Part shown: piece after piece, positions 9,833-19,354 of the stretch
Numbering within the stretch: position 1 is the first letter of the stretch
How the letters are laid out: every line of letters begins with the position of its first letter
Source: Vibrio vulnificus CMCP6
Lineage (GTDB): Bacteria > Pseudomonadota > Gammaproteobacteria > Enterobacterales > Vibrionaceae
Assembly: GCF_000039765.1 (NCBI RefSeq)
Contig: NC_004460.2
Span: 1,230,001 to 1,262,000 of the forward strand
DNA: 32,000 nt
Direction of reading: 5' to 3'
Translations under genes and position numbers: made by a program
Notes under the pieces: model-generated
What the model saw: the letters and a program-made list of their open reading frames with translations, nothing else
Database searches by the model: none
Told to the model about the DNA's origin: nothing

Positions 9833-10609
9833 TCACATGGGTTTGGTCGGTCGCGCCAAGTAGTATCCTTGGAAATAATCAAACCCAACCTCAATGCACT
9901 GGTTTAAGGTTTGCTGATCTTCGATGCCTTCTGCGATGGTTAGCGCGTTAACCGAATGCGCGCAGGCGATGGCACTTTGCATTGGGCTCACCCCCGCCTG
10001 AATAATGCTTTTATCCACTTTGACAAACGCGGGGCGGATGATACGAACCCGCTCTTTGGTGGAATAGTGGCTGCCAAAGTCATCGATTGCGGTTCTGATT
10101 TGGTTATTCAGTAAGTTTTGCACGCCGTTGACGGCCAGTCGCTCACTGTCTCCTGCCATTTCCATGATTTCATAAATCAATTGACTGGGCGCTAGACCAT
10201 AGTAATGCAGCGCTCCCACAAGGTGATCAATGGCACTCGGATTGTTGGCCAGTTCTTCAAACAGCAGCGGAGAAGTGTTGATAAAGAGGTGTTTGTCACG
10301 ATAGTTCGATTTGCCAAAGTTTCGTACGTGCAAGGTCGAGGCAGCCAAAATAGCAAACGAGAAGCGCTCGAGTTGATCACTCAGTTCACTGAAAAAAAGC
10401 CCTGGATTGATGGAATGCCCTTGTGCATCAAAAATCCTCACCAAACATTCGACACCATAAATGGCCATCGTCTTGTCATAGATGGGTTGGAACGCACTCT
10501 CAAACCTAAGCCCGTCGAGATGCAGCGAGTAAAAACCCTCCTCATTGGGATGAATTTTACTCAAAATCGACTCCATAACCTGAAAATATTCCATACTGAC
10601 GCTTATCAT
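9833..10609 (-). CDS. Stand-alone EAL-domain protein; putative c-di-GMP phosphodiesterase
   Basis: EAL-domain signature blocks are present: FQPIYD, ECLVR (the EAL-motif position), FINTSP, YEIME, AIDDFGS, VKVDKS, IAEGIED, QGYYLARP. Confidence 0.85.
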   Translation of the reverse strand: MISVSMEYFQVMESILSKIHPNEEGFYSLHLDGLRFESAFQPIYDKTMAIYGVECLVRIFDAQGHSINPGLFFSELSDQLERFSFAILAASTLHVRNFGKSNYRDKHLFINTSPLLFEELANNPSAIDHLVGALHYYGLAPSQLIYEIMEMAGDSERLAVNGVQNLLNNQIRTAIDDFGSHYSTKERVRIIRPAFVKVDKSIIQAGVSPMQSAIACAHSVNALTIAEGIEDQQTLNQCIEVGFDYFQGYYLARPTKPM

Positions 10610-10750
10610 TAGGGTCTGTTGACCTATACATCTATCGATAGTAACAAATGCAGTTTGCCTGACTACGCTAACTTACATTTACTTACGCTAATATATTCAA
10701 TCCGCGCCAAAGGTCTCACTTCTCAGTTGCTCTATGTAACGTCACCGTAC

Positions 10751-10786
10751 AAAAACACAAACCAGAGCCATGGGCTCTGGTTTGTG
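10751..10786 (-). terminator. Rho-independent terminator of the histidine phosphatase gene
   Basis: A perfect 14-bp stem (CACAAACCAGAGCC / GGCTCTGGTTTGTG) with a 3-nt loop. On the minus strand it is followed by TTTTTGT. Confidence 0.8.
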
Positions 10787-10809
10787 ATTGCCGAAACCTG
10801 TGTCACGCA

Positions 10810-11424
10810 CTAAGCAGGCATCACTAACGTCTCGAGATCGACAAGTGGACAATCAATACGTTCAACCTGACCCTTCTCGATCTTGAAAAACGCATCTTGA
10901 GGCAGATCTTGTTGCCATACTTGCTGGTAGTCCAGTCCCAGCAACATCCCTCTCAGCACAATGCCCGTCAATCCATGGCTTACCACTACAAAGCGTCCTG
11001 TTTCTGGCAGCGTTTCCAACCATTGTGATAAACGTTGTTGTACTTGCTCATAACGCTCACTGTTGGGCGCTTGTAGATACCAATCAGCCTCATCAAGAAG
11101 ATCCGGCCGTGTCGTTTGCAACTCGGGCAAGGTTTTTTGCTCCCAATCTCCTAACGAAAACTCTTTTAATCGATCATCGGCGATGATCTCGTCGGTCGCA
11201 TAATCTAGCTGCTGACAAACAATCTCTGCCGTTTGCAACGCTCGGCCCAACGAACTGGAATAGACGCGATATGAGCCTGACTCAAGATGGGCTTGCAACA
11301 CTCTGCCCACACTCAATGCTTGGCGCTGACCTTTTTCCGTTAAGGGTGAATTGCAGTGCCCTTGTAATTTTTGCTCGGCATTAAACTGGGTTTGCCCATG
11401 TCGTAAAATAAAAAACTGTCTCAA
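10810..11424 (-). CDS. Histidine phosphatase (phosphoglycerate mutase / GpmB-like) family protein
   Basis: The N-terminal RHG catalytic motif is present (FILRHGQTQFN), followed by the SSLGRALQTA and VSHG blocks. Confidence 0.85.
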   Translation of the reverse strand: MRQFFILRHGQTQFNAEQKLQGHCNSPLTEKGQRQALSVGRVLQAHLESGSYRVYSSSLGRALQTAEIVCQQLDYATDEIIADDRLKEFSLGDWEQKTLPELQTTRPDLLDEADWYLQAPNSERYEQVQQRLSQWLETLPETGRFVVVSHGLTGIVLRGMLLGLDYQQVWQQDLPQDAFFKIEKGQVERIDCPLVDLETLVMPA

Positions 11425-11702
11425 ACGTTAACTCCTTATTCACTGGTCAAACACGTTACCGCAAACTTTTTCCCGCTGCAAAAGCGAGTTTTTGAGTCAA
11501 AGTTGACTCTGCGTATACGTTACTTCGTTCCATTTGTTTAAATTTTTATTAACGTTTTCAACGAGTAAAATTCATGCCGTCATTTCTATAAATTAGAGTA
11601 ATAAATCTATTTTCTGAACTGAGCTCATAAAATTTATGAGACTAGTTTCATTTCATAACGCATAAGGCATATAACACACCGCTCAAATTATTTTGCTAAT
11701 CA

Positions 11703-14138
11703 ATGAGTGTTGTTATGTCTCATCTTCTTCCTTTTCCTCGTCGCCGTTTGGCTCTGGCTTGTTTACTCGCATCGATCTCTGGTGCGTCTTTTGGGCAAAC
11801 CCAATGTGATGTGGCCCAATTGCAGCAGTCGCCCGATCTTGCCACTGCCATCTCCAGTGCAGATTACGCCTGTTACAGTGGTTGGTTTTCTGCCTCATCC
11901 GATACGTTGAACAACATCTACAGCGAAGCAAGCTTAAGCCGTGTTCAAGTCGCACTGCACCAAGCGGTACAAACGTATCAAGGCGAAGCCGAGCAAGCGC
12001 GCGCCATTGAAAACTTAGGCGAATACGTTCGCGCTGCCTACTACGTTCGCTACAACGCAGGAAACGTAGCGGCCTTTTCCGATCTCTTAGGCCAGCAATT
12101 CGCCCATACCATCAACGCATTTTTAGCCAACCCTCATGCTCTTGATCAAGGGCGCGAGCAAGTGGGGGCGATGAAGAGCCTCACGCTGATGGTGGACAAC
12201 ATTAAGCAACTGCCGCTGACCATGGACGCCATGATGCTGGCGCTGCAACAGTTTAACCCTGAGACAGCGAAAAATACTCAGTGGGTTGATGGCCTCAACA
12301 ACCTGTTCCGCTCGATGGCAGGCCATATCGCCAACGATGCGTTTTATCGCTACCTTGCCAGCAACACTCAACACATTGATATGCTGGAAAAATTCGCTAA
12401 TGACAACGCATGGGCGCTCGATACTGATGCCGATTTTTTGGTGTTTAACGCACTGCGCGAAACGGGCCGCTTGATCGCCAGCCCAGACAAAGCCACTAAA
12501 CAGAAAGCCGTACAAGTAATGCAACGCGTGATGGCTCGTTATCCATTGGGTAGCGAGCACGATAAGTTGTGGCTTGCAGCGGTGGAAATGCTCAGCTACT
12601 TCGCCCCAGAAGCGTTAAATGGTTTGGATTTGCCGCAAGCGAAGCGCGATCTCGCCGCTCGCGTATTACCTAACCGCCACGAATGCCAAGGCCCAGCGAT
12701 CATCCGTTCACAAGATCTCACTCCAGAACAAGCCGCCAAAGCGTGTGATGTGTTGGCCGCCAAAGAAGCCGATTTCCACCAAGTGGCCAATACTGGCATG
12801 CAGCCAGTGGCGGACGATCACAACCAACGTGTGGAAGTGGCAGTGTTTGCCAACAACGACAGCTATGTCGATTACTCCGCGTTTCTGTTTGGCAACACCA
12901 CCGACAACGGTGGTCAGTACCTTGAAGGCAACCCGGCCGATGAACACAACACCGCTCGTTTTGTCGCCTATCGCTACGCCAATGGCGAAGAACTCTCGAT
13001 TCTGAACCTAGAGCACGAATACACCCACTACTTGGACGCGCGCTTTAACCAATATGGCTCGTTTAGCGACAACCTCGCTCACGGTTATGTGGTTTGGTGG
13101 CTAGAAGGTTTTGCTGAGTACATGCATTACAAACAGGGCTACCAAGCAGCCATTGAGCTGATTGCCCAAGGGAAAATGAGCCTCTCGCAAGTGTTTGCCA
13201 CCAGCTACTCGCACGATACCAATCGCATTTATCGCTGGGGTTATTTGGCGGTGCGCTTCATGTTGGAAAACCACCCACAAGAGGTTGAGGGGCTGTTGGC
13301 TTTGTCGCGCTCTGGCCAGTTCGAACAGTGGGCGCAGCAAGTACAAACCCTTGGCCAGCAATACGACGGCGAATTTGCTCGCTGGTTAGATGGCTTAGAA
13401 GTGACGCCAGAAAACCCAGACACCGATCCAGATACGCCAACAGAGCCTAGCGATGGTGTGACGCAATTACAGGCCAATCAGAGCATCACCCTCAGCGGCA
13501 AAGCCTACAGTGAGAAGCTGTTCTACGTGGATGTGCCCGCCAACACCACCCACTTTAGCGTAGCCATTGAAGGCGATGGTGATGCGGATCTCTACATGAG
13601 TTACAACCAAGTGGCCCACTATTACGATTTTGAAGTGAGCAAATTTGTCGATGGCAGCAATGAGGAAATTCAGTTTGCCGCCGACGCTTCTGGCTACGTG
13701 AAACCGGGCCGCTACTATCTGAGCGTCACTGGTCGTGGTCGTTACCAAGCCGTGAACCTAACCGCAACAATAGACACCGCGGCACCCACACCACCAACCC
13801 AAGAGCAAGATGACCTTGCGCCTGTTATGCTGCAATCCGGTCAGGCACAGCATTTGACCGTCCACCAGCAGCGCTACGCCGCTGTGTATGTACCTGAGGG
13901 CGTGAGCGAAGTGCGCATTTGGCTAAGCGATCTCACCTCCTCGGACAGCCAAGGCAACGTGAACCTATACGCCAGCCGTGAACATTGGCCAACCCCAGAG
14001 CAGCACCAGTTTGCATCTCGCTACGCTGGCAGCAACCAATACCTCGCGATTCCTGTTGAGCAAGCGGGTTATCTGCATTTTTCACTCAACGCGCCACAAC
14101 AAGGCGATGACGTCGAGATGGTGGTTTACTTCCACTGA
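11703..14138 (+). CDS. Secreted M9-family (Vibrio-type) microbial collagenase with C-terminal pre-peptidase (PPC)-like domains
   Basis: The zinc site is HEYTHYLD plus the downstream [10 protein letters not shown]. There is a signal peptide, a [11 protein letters not shown] linker, and C-terminal beta-rich repeats (GDGDADLYM...). The start could be the ATG at 11703 or at 11715. Confidence 0.9.
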   Translation: MSVVMSHLLPFPRRRLALACLLASISGASFGQTQCDVAQLQQSPDLATAISSADYACYSGWFSASSDTLNNIYSEASLSRVQVALHQAVQTYQGEAEQARAIENLGEYVRAAYYVRYNAGNVAAFSDLLGQQFAHTINAFLANPHALDQGREQVGAMKSLTLMVDNIKQLPLTMDAMMLALQQFNPETAKNTQWVDGLNNLFRSMAGHIANDAFYRYLASNTQHIDMLEKFANDNAWALDTDADFLVFNALRETGRLIASPDKATKQKAVQVMQRVMARYPLGSEHDKLWLAAVEMLSYFAPEALNGLDLPQAKRDLAARVLPNRHECQGPAIIRSQDLTPEQAAKACDVLAAKEADFHQVANTGMQPVADDHNQRVEVAVFANNDSYVDYSAFLFGNTTDNGGQYLEGNPADEHNTARFVAYRYANGEELSILNLEHEYTHYLDARFNQYGSFSDNLAHGYVVWWLEGFAEYMHYKQGYQAAIELIAQGKMSLSQVFATSYSHDTNRIYRWGYLAVRFMLENHPQEVEGLLALSRSGQFEQWAQQVQTLGQQYDGEFARWLDGLEVTPENPDTDPDTPTEPSDGVTQLQANQSITLSGKAYSEKLFYVDVPANTTHFSVAIEGDGDADLYMSYNQVAHYYDFEVSKFVDGSNEEIQFAADASGYVKPGRYYLSVTGRGRYQAVNLTATIDTAAPTPPTQEQDDLAPVMLQSGQAQHLTVHQQRYAAVYVPEGVSEVRIWLSDLTSSDSQGNVNLYASREHWPTPEQHQFASRYAGSNQYLAIPVEQAGYLHFSLNAPQQGDDVEMVVYFH

Positions 14139-14166
14139 TCATTAGTTGGAAAGACAAATGAAAAAC

Positions 14167-14197
14167 AAACGCCACCGCAAGGTGGCGTTTGCCTTTT
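14167..14197 (+). terminator. Rho-independent terminator of the collagenase gene; last clearly core element before the island
   Basis: AAACGCCACC gcaa GGTGGCGTTT forms a perfect 10-bp stem, followed by GCCTTTT. Confidence 0.8.
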
Positions 14198-14342
14198 AAA
14201 GGAATAATAGGCTGTGTCGAAATTCATACTCTTGTTTTTTGCTTTAGCATGCTTTCACACATTCAAAATTAGGAGGATTACTTATCAGCGAATAAAAAAT
14301 ATTACTCGTCTATAAAAATCGTAGACAGCTCAATCAAACACA

Positions 14343-15005
14343 TTATTTGGCACACTGTGTTTTTCCCATATCCTCATCGCGAGATACTTTACACAACATT
14401 AATTTCTCGCTATTCATCGCTTGAGTAAAGTGACTTCCTGTTGGATTTCCTTTCAGAACAATATTGGTTAGTTCAGTTATTTGAGATTGTGTCAATGTTT
14501 CATAATCGACATTATAATTTGCGATAATAGGGTTCTCAACACCCTTCTGATAGCAGAATCCGTTAATTGTAGCACCATAAATCGTAATATTTGTATTCGT
14601 GTACTTTCCATCAACTGAAATATCCGTTGTACATACTATCGCACCTTGTGATTTTTCATCATTGTCTGGCGTGCGAGGTAAGCTTGCAAACAGTTCAAAG
14701 TTATCGCTAGTGCGTACCAATCGATACCTTTGAACATTGTGATCCCAAAAACCGGTATACGGAAGGTTTGTTTTATAGCCCCAGATTTCTGCTAAATCCA
14801 GAGTACCAGTGTAGACCAAGTCATTACATGTGTTCTGGAAGAAGTGGTAACTGTTGCGGTTAACTGAACTGTCTGTCACTTGAACTACTTTTGTGTCAGC
14901 AGCGCAACTTCCATTACTAGAACGCCCGTCTGCCGAACTACTGTCACCTGAACCACACCCATACAACATCCCCATGGTGGCAAGAACTAACAAGCCATGT
15001 CTCAT
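14343..15005 (-). CDS. Cys-rich putative lipoprotein, unknown function (island cargo)
   Basis: The N-terminus is MRHGLLVLATMGMLYGC, followed by GSGDSSS, which is a lipoprotein-like linker. The Tyr at lipobox position -2 is atypical. Coding is AT-rich and I recognise no family. Confidence 0.55.
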   Translation of the reverse strand: MRHGLLVLATMGMLYGCGSGDSSSADGRSSNGSCAADTKVVQVTDSSVNRNSYHFFQNTCNDLVYTGTLDLAEIWGYKTNLPYTGFWDHNVQRYRLVRTSDNFELFASLPRTPDNDEKSQGAIVCTTDISVDGKYTNTNITIYGATINGFCYQKGVENPIIANYNVDYETLTQSQITELTNIVLKGNPTGSHFTQAMNSEKLMLCKVSRDEDMGKTQCAK

Positions 15006-15516
15006 TATTTTTCCTCATTCTGACGTTAGAAGAATTATAAAATAGGGTGAACATTACAAACGTCAAATAAATCTTATACAAAAAAATCAGTATTAAACAG
15101 CTGTCACACTTGGTAGGCTACGTAAAGTTAACCCGATCACACTCTGCGCAATAAAAATAGATTTCCAACTTGAGTAAAAATACAAAAAAACAATTAAAAA
15201 CCACTAATTTAACATGTTATTTTTTTGATAAAACTGGTTAAACTCTAACTATTTGTTGTTATTTAATCACAACAAAAAGTTAACTTTTAAACATGTAAAG
15301 ATAAATTCAACACTTCATACCATAATATTTAGGTCAATTCTTTCCTATCAAGATTTCTAATAATATAAAAGTACCTACCCCTTTTATTGCCTTATAGTAA
15401 AAACAACATTACTGAATAACTAAAATATCAATAAGTGACAAGGAGAAATTAAATTTTAACTTTCTTAATTAGAGAGTTCTTAATATGTTGTCTATACAAA
15501 CATACCGACAATCTAT

Positions 15517-15855
15517 GTGCAGCACTGCCTAGGAAAACACGCTCTTTCTGCGCTATCAAAGGCAAAATTACCTTACATATCGGTATTAGCCGATCAAACT
15601 TTTGGTGGTGTTTCTGCGAGTTTGGCAATGCTGGGTGACATTAACATTGGTGAGCCCAAAGCAAGGATCGGCTTTGCAGGGCGTCGCGTTATTGAACAAA
15701 CCGTTCGCGAAATCTTGCCTGAAGGCTTTCAGCAAAGTGAGTTCCTCTTAGAGCACGGCGCACTCGACATGATTGTGGATAGACGCGAGATGCGTAAACG
15801 AATTGGTGGGCTATTAGCAAAAATGACAAACACAACACTCTCAACAAATGAGTAG
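15517..15855 (+). pseudogene. accD: 3' fragment of an accD paralogue (acetyl-CoA carboxylase carboxyltransferase beta subunit), 5'-truncated
   Basis: [86 protein letters not shown] is collinear with roughly the last 110 residues of E. coli AccD ([70 protein letters not shown]). The zinc-ribbon and N-terminal two thirds are missing. There is no credible start, only a GTG inside AT-rich DNA. Conserved Pro residues are substituted (DPT to DQT, GPRV to GRRV). Confidence 0.75.
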
Positions 15856-15936
15856 CTTATCTGTTTTCACTAACCTAAGCGGGCAATGGTATGCTCACTG
15901 ACTGAATCATGAAGATGGTATAAAGGGAATAAGCTA

Positions 15937-16968
15937 ATGCTCTATATTCGGAATGCTATATACACATTGGGCTTGGTGGCTTTTTCTGCCAATGCGTTTG
16001 AGGGAGAGAGTTTTCAGCACAAAGATTGGTATCTCGCTTGTGATAATACAGGCACCTGCCGAGCGGCTGGCTATTCAGATACAGACACCCTTAATCCTGT
16101 TGCTGTGATGTTTACCCGTGAAGCAGGCCCTGCAACGCCAGTAACAGCCAAAGTGTATCTGGGAGACGAATCTGATTTCGATCCTTGGCCTGAGCAGATA
16201 AATCTGTATATCGATTCTCAGGATTTGGGGCCGATAAAGCATGACATCCTAACAGCTATGCAAGTTCAAGCCCTTCTCGCTGTGGTGACCAAAGATTCGC
16301 TGATAGAAATTGGTGATGGTAAATCCAACTGGGTACTGTCTGGCAATGGTGCTAGTGCGGTGTTTCGAAGGATGGATGAATATCAGGGGCGTCAGAACAC
16401 TCCATTTGCCATTGTCGCAAAAGGGCAGAGCGCTGAGTCCAAGGTGATCCCTGCTGCGGATCTCCCCACACTGGTGAATGTTGGCGGCGATGCAATAATG
16501 AAATCGCTTGAACCAGAATCTGCTCAGTACGCCAAATTGTTACCACAACTTCGTGCGACCTATCAGGATGAGGGAGACAGCACTGAGTGCGGCAGGCTGT
16601 TTGAAGAGTCGCCTTCAATCTCTATTGCAAAGTTTAATAACGGTCAATCATTGATTGAAGCATCTTGTTGGATGGCAGCTTATAACTATGGTTCAAGCTA
16701 CTGGTTGTTGGATGAAGGCGAATCTGCTCTTCCCAAACTCCTTAATATCTCCGGCAATGACTATTCTGACGGCATCGTTTCTTCGGCTCACAAAGGTCGA
16801 GGATTAGGGGATTGCTGGAGCTTTGAAAGCTGGGTGTTTGATGGCAAAACAATGGTTCGTTCGAACGACAGTACTACCGGTTTATGCCGTGGCATCGCCG
16901 CAGGAGGCATTGACCCAATGCCTATCTGGGTGAGCGAAGTGGTTGTCGCACAAGATTTGAATAAATAA
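15937..16968 (+). CDS. Secreted DUF1176-like protein, unknown function
   Basis: A signal peptide (…FSANA-FEGE) followed by DWYLACDNTGTCRAAGY and a conserved-Cys pattern, which I recall as typical of DUF1176. This family call is pattern-based only. Confidence 0.6.
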   Translation: MLYIRNAIYTLGLVAFSANAFEGESFQHKDWYLACDNTGTCRAAGYSDTDTLNPVAVMFTREAGPATPVTAKVYLGDESDFDPWPEQINLYIDSQDLGPIKHDILTAMQVQALLAVVTKDSLIEIGDGKSNWVLSGNGASAVFRRMDEYQGRQNTPFAIVAKGQSAESKVIPAADLPTLVNVGGDAIMKSLEPESAQYAKLLPQLRATYQDEGDSTECGRLFEESPSISIAKFNNGQSLIEASCWMAAYNYGSSYWLLDEGESALPKLLNISGNDYSDGIVSSAHKGRGLGDCWSFESWVFDGKTMVRSNDSTTGLCRGIAAGGIDPMPIWVSEVVVAQDLNK

Positions 16969-17360
16969 CCATGTTGAAAGTGAGCTTTACGGCACTGACA
17001 GCTTTATTACTTCAAATCTTCAGATAGTTGATAATTTGGCATGCTCTCTAACTCATCACTGCCCGGAACCTTAATAGTTGGCACTTCGTAACTCAGAAGT
17101 GCCCATTCCTTGCCAGTAACCTTCTATCTCACAAATAACAGTTAGGTTCTTCTAATCAGCATAGTGTCTATGAAAGTGGGGGCTTACCAACTTCGCTAAC
17201 TCGTTCGAATAGGCCATCTTATTTCTATTTTTTAACCTACCGAACAAACGTGTTCTCTGTTAGAGTCACCGTCAACTACGCTATTGAATAAAGATACCCA
17301 CAGATCGCATGTCATTGATGGATTTTTATTCACCCTTAGAACTCATATTAGGAATCCCTA

Positions 17361-17840
17361 GTGACTAACAACGAAATTTTACGTCGTATCCAACACGCGT
17401 TAAACCTTAAAAACGCACAGATAATGAAAGCTTTCGAGCAGGCCGAAGTCACTGTGGCTCACGATAAAGTGGCAAACTGGTTAAAAGATGAAAGCGACAA
17501 ATCTTGCGTTAAGATGAAGGATCAAGAGTTAGCGGTATTCTTAAATGGCTTTATTAACCTCAAGCGAGGAAAAAAAGACGGCGAGCAACCTAAGCCAGAA
17601 GCCACGTTGACCAACAACATGATTCTCATGAAGCTACGTATTGCGCTAGACATGAAAGCAGAAGATGTGTTGGACGTATTAGAAGTGGTTGGTATTAGTT
17701 TAAGTAAATACGAAATTGGTGCGTATTTCCGCAAGCCAAACAACAAAAACTACAAACAGTGTGAAGACCAGTTGCTGTGCGACTTCTTAAATGGTGTGCA
17801 GTTTACCAATCGTCCCGATTCTGAAGAGTTTACTGGGTAA
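17361..17840 (+). CDS. DUF1456 (YehS-like) family protein
   Basis: A two-repeat architecture collinear with E. coli YehS as I recall it: NNEILRRIQHALNL..., FLNGFINLKRGKKD..., NNMILMKLRIALDMKAEDVL..., CEDQLLCDFLNG. It has a GTG start with AGGA upstream. Confidence 0.75.
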   Translation: MTNNEILRRIQHALNLKNAQIMKAFEQAEVTVAHDKVANWLKDESDKSCVKMKDQELAVFLNGFINLKRGKKDGEQPKPEATLTNNMILMKLRIALDMKAEDVLDVLEVVGISLSKYEIGAYFRKPNNKNYKQCEDQLLCDFLNGVQFTNRPDSEEFTG

Positions 17841-17934
17841 TTTTTATCTCGAATCGAACGTGGTAATTGATTAAAAAAGCGAGAACCATTTCATTTGGCT
17901 ACTCGCTTTTATCATGCTAAAGACCGGTATTAGA

Positions 17935-18961
17935 TGTGTGATTCATAGAGATGGTTTCAATTTTCTTAGCTGAAGATCGAGCTTGTAATTCTGCTCTTGA
18001 AACCGCTCTTTCTTGATCTGGTAGTGCTGAGATACCTCTTCAGACAAAGGAGTTTGATCAGATATCTCAGTAATCCTGTCTATCGGGGTTAGTCCATTTA
18101 AAGAGCTGTGGGGCCGTTCCCAGTTGTAGTAGTGTTGCCATTCAGCTAGTAGCAGATCCAGTTCTTCCAGCCCCACAGAGACATCTATGGTCGGATAGAA
18201 CTCACTTTTATCTGTTTTCTGCGAGCGTTCCACTTTGCCATTCAAGTGAGGTGAGCCAGGCTTATTTGGGCGAAACTTGATCCCATAAATCATGAGTTGT
18301 TTCTGGACTTTCTCAGCAAAGAATTCACGCCCTCTGTCCGTCTGAATACGCTGGATAGGAAATGGCATCTCTTCCACGACACAATCGATAAAGTCGACTG
18401 TATTTGCTGCTGTACGCCGAGAGTAGCACCTTAGAACCCGATAGCGAGAGCAGTCATCAATAGCTGTATACTGATAAATTCCAGGCGCTATTTTACAGGT
18501 GTCCATTTGGACTCTATCACCAGGAATTGGGCGCTCATATCTTTGGAAATCTTTTTTGCGTCGGTAAGTTACGATGGGTTTGACTGATGCTTCGGATAAA
18601 ACTTTATGGAGTGTCGCGGTGCTTAGGTGTATTTGGTGAAGTCGGATTAATTCCGTTTGTAAACGCCGCGCCCCTAAATTGCGTTTCTGACGCATCGTAA
18701 GGATCAATGCTCTTAGCTCATCAGTGACTTTGGTATCTGGGGATGAATAAGGGCGTCTGCTCTGGCTTTCCAGACCAACGATTCCAGACTGCTTATATCG
18801 CTTAGCCCACTTACGTAATGTTGGTCTGGAAATACCACAGCGTCGACATACGAGGCCTGCATCACCACATTCCTCATACATTTTTACCCACTGTAGTCTT
18901 TGTTGGATTTCTCTGTCCATAAACACCCAGTATAGTTGAAAGGATGTCTATGAATCACACA
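17935..18961 (-). mobile_element. Intact IS481-family insertion sequence (1,027 bp) with a 7-bp target-site duplication
   Basis: The terminal inverted repeats are TGTGTGATTCATAGAgAT (17935-) and its complement ATgTCTATGAATCACACA (-18961). The direct repeat TATTAGA lies immediately outside both ends, at 17928-17934 and 18962-18968. The element holds a single DDE transposase ORF. Confidence 0.85.
17943..18926 (-). CDS. IS481-family DDE transposase (HTH + rve integrase core)
   Basis: An N-terminal HTH (CGISRPTLRKWAKRYKQSG) is followed by the rve core with the DDE triad context (VQMDT, YTAIDDCSR, IQTDRGREF, GKVERSQKT, YNWERPHSSL). Confidence 0.9.
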   Translation of the reverse strand: MFMDREIQQRLQWVKMYEECGDAGLVCRRCGISRPTLRKWAKRYKQSGIVGLESQSRRPYSSPDTKVTDELRALILTMRQKRNLGARRLQTELIRLHQIHLSTATLHKVLSEASVKPIVTYRRKKDFQRYERPIPGDRVQMDTCKIAPGIYQYTAIDDCSRYRVLRCYSRRTAANTVDFIDCVVEEMPFPIQRIQTDRGREFFAEKVQKQLMIYGIKFRPNKPGSPHLNGKVERSQKTDKSEFYPTIDVSVGLEELDLLLAEWQHYYNWERPHSSLNGLTPIDRITEISDQTPLSEEVSQHYQIKKERFQEQNYKLDLQLRKLKPSL

Positions 18962-19042
18962 TATTAGAGCTTCACAATCACGTCTACTCTTTGTCTTTCT
19001 TCAGTAGATACCTATTCTAGTAATTCACTAAAACTGACCACG

Positions 19043-19118
19043 TATATAGAGTTTTTCCATACTTTTGGTCATGCGTACAGAGTCACGACTGACGCCGTTG
19101 GTAACACGAAATTGCCCC
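19043..19118 (+). repeat. Direct repeat copy 1 (76-bp core), on the left flank of the kinase module
   Basis: It is identical to 21306-21381 at 71 of 76 positions. It contains a conserved imperfect hairpin, GCGTrCAG-agtcacga-CTGACGC. Weaker similarity extends about 17 bp to the left (ACTAAAA). Confidence 0.85.
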
Positions 19119-19354
19119 ATTCCTTGTTTCGACCGATTCAACACAGCTATCGCCAAAGCTTCATTTGACTTATTTTTTCTAATCTAGCTATGTGACCAAA
19201 CTAAGTGTGCCACTACAGTTCAAGAATGAATGTATAGAAACCACTCCGAGCGCAACTTATTGCAGTGCAATCTCATGATATTTTTCTTGTACGTAATATG
19301 GTTTTTTATTATTGTTTCGCCCAACTTATAACCACAAATAACTATCAGATTCAC

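Noticed and set aside
10619-10813. A 64-aa plus-strand ORF between the EAL and phosphatase genes.
   Set aside because: It spans a 14-bp-stem terminator and promoter-like AT-rich DNA, and has no SD or family resemblance.
14198-14342. Terminal direct repeats shared by the outer island junctions (14,198-14,342 against 22,738-22,933).
   Set aside because: Only a TTTTTTGC-type low-complexity match was found by eye, which is not distinguishable from chance in AT-rich DNA.
19265-19354. The upstream GTG-initiated extension of gene A (MQSHDIFLVRNMVFYYCFAQLITTNNYQIH).
   Set aside because: It is an aromatic, low-complexity sequence encoded by AT-rich promoter-like DNA (TTGTAC-N17-TATTGT lies inside it). 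The RNase-H-like beta1 strand begins right after the ATG at 19355.
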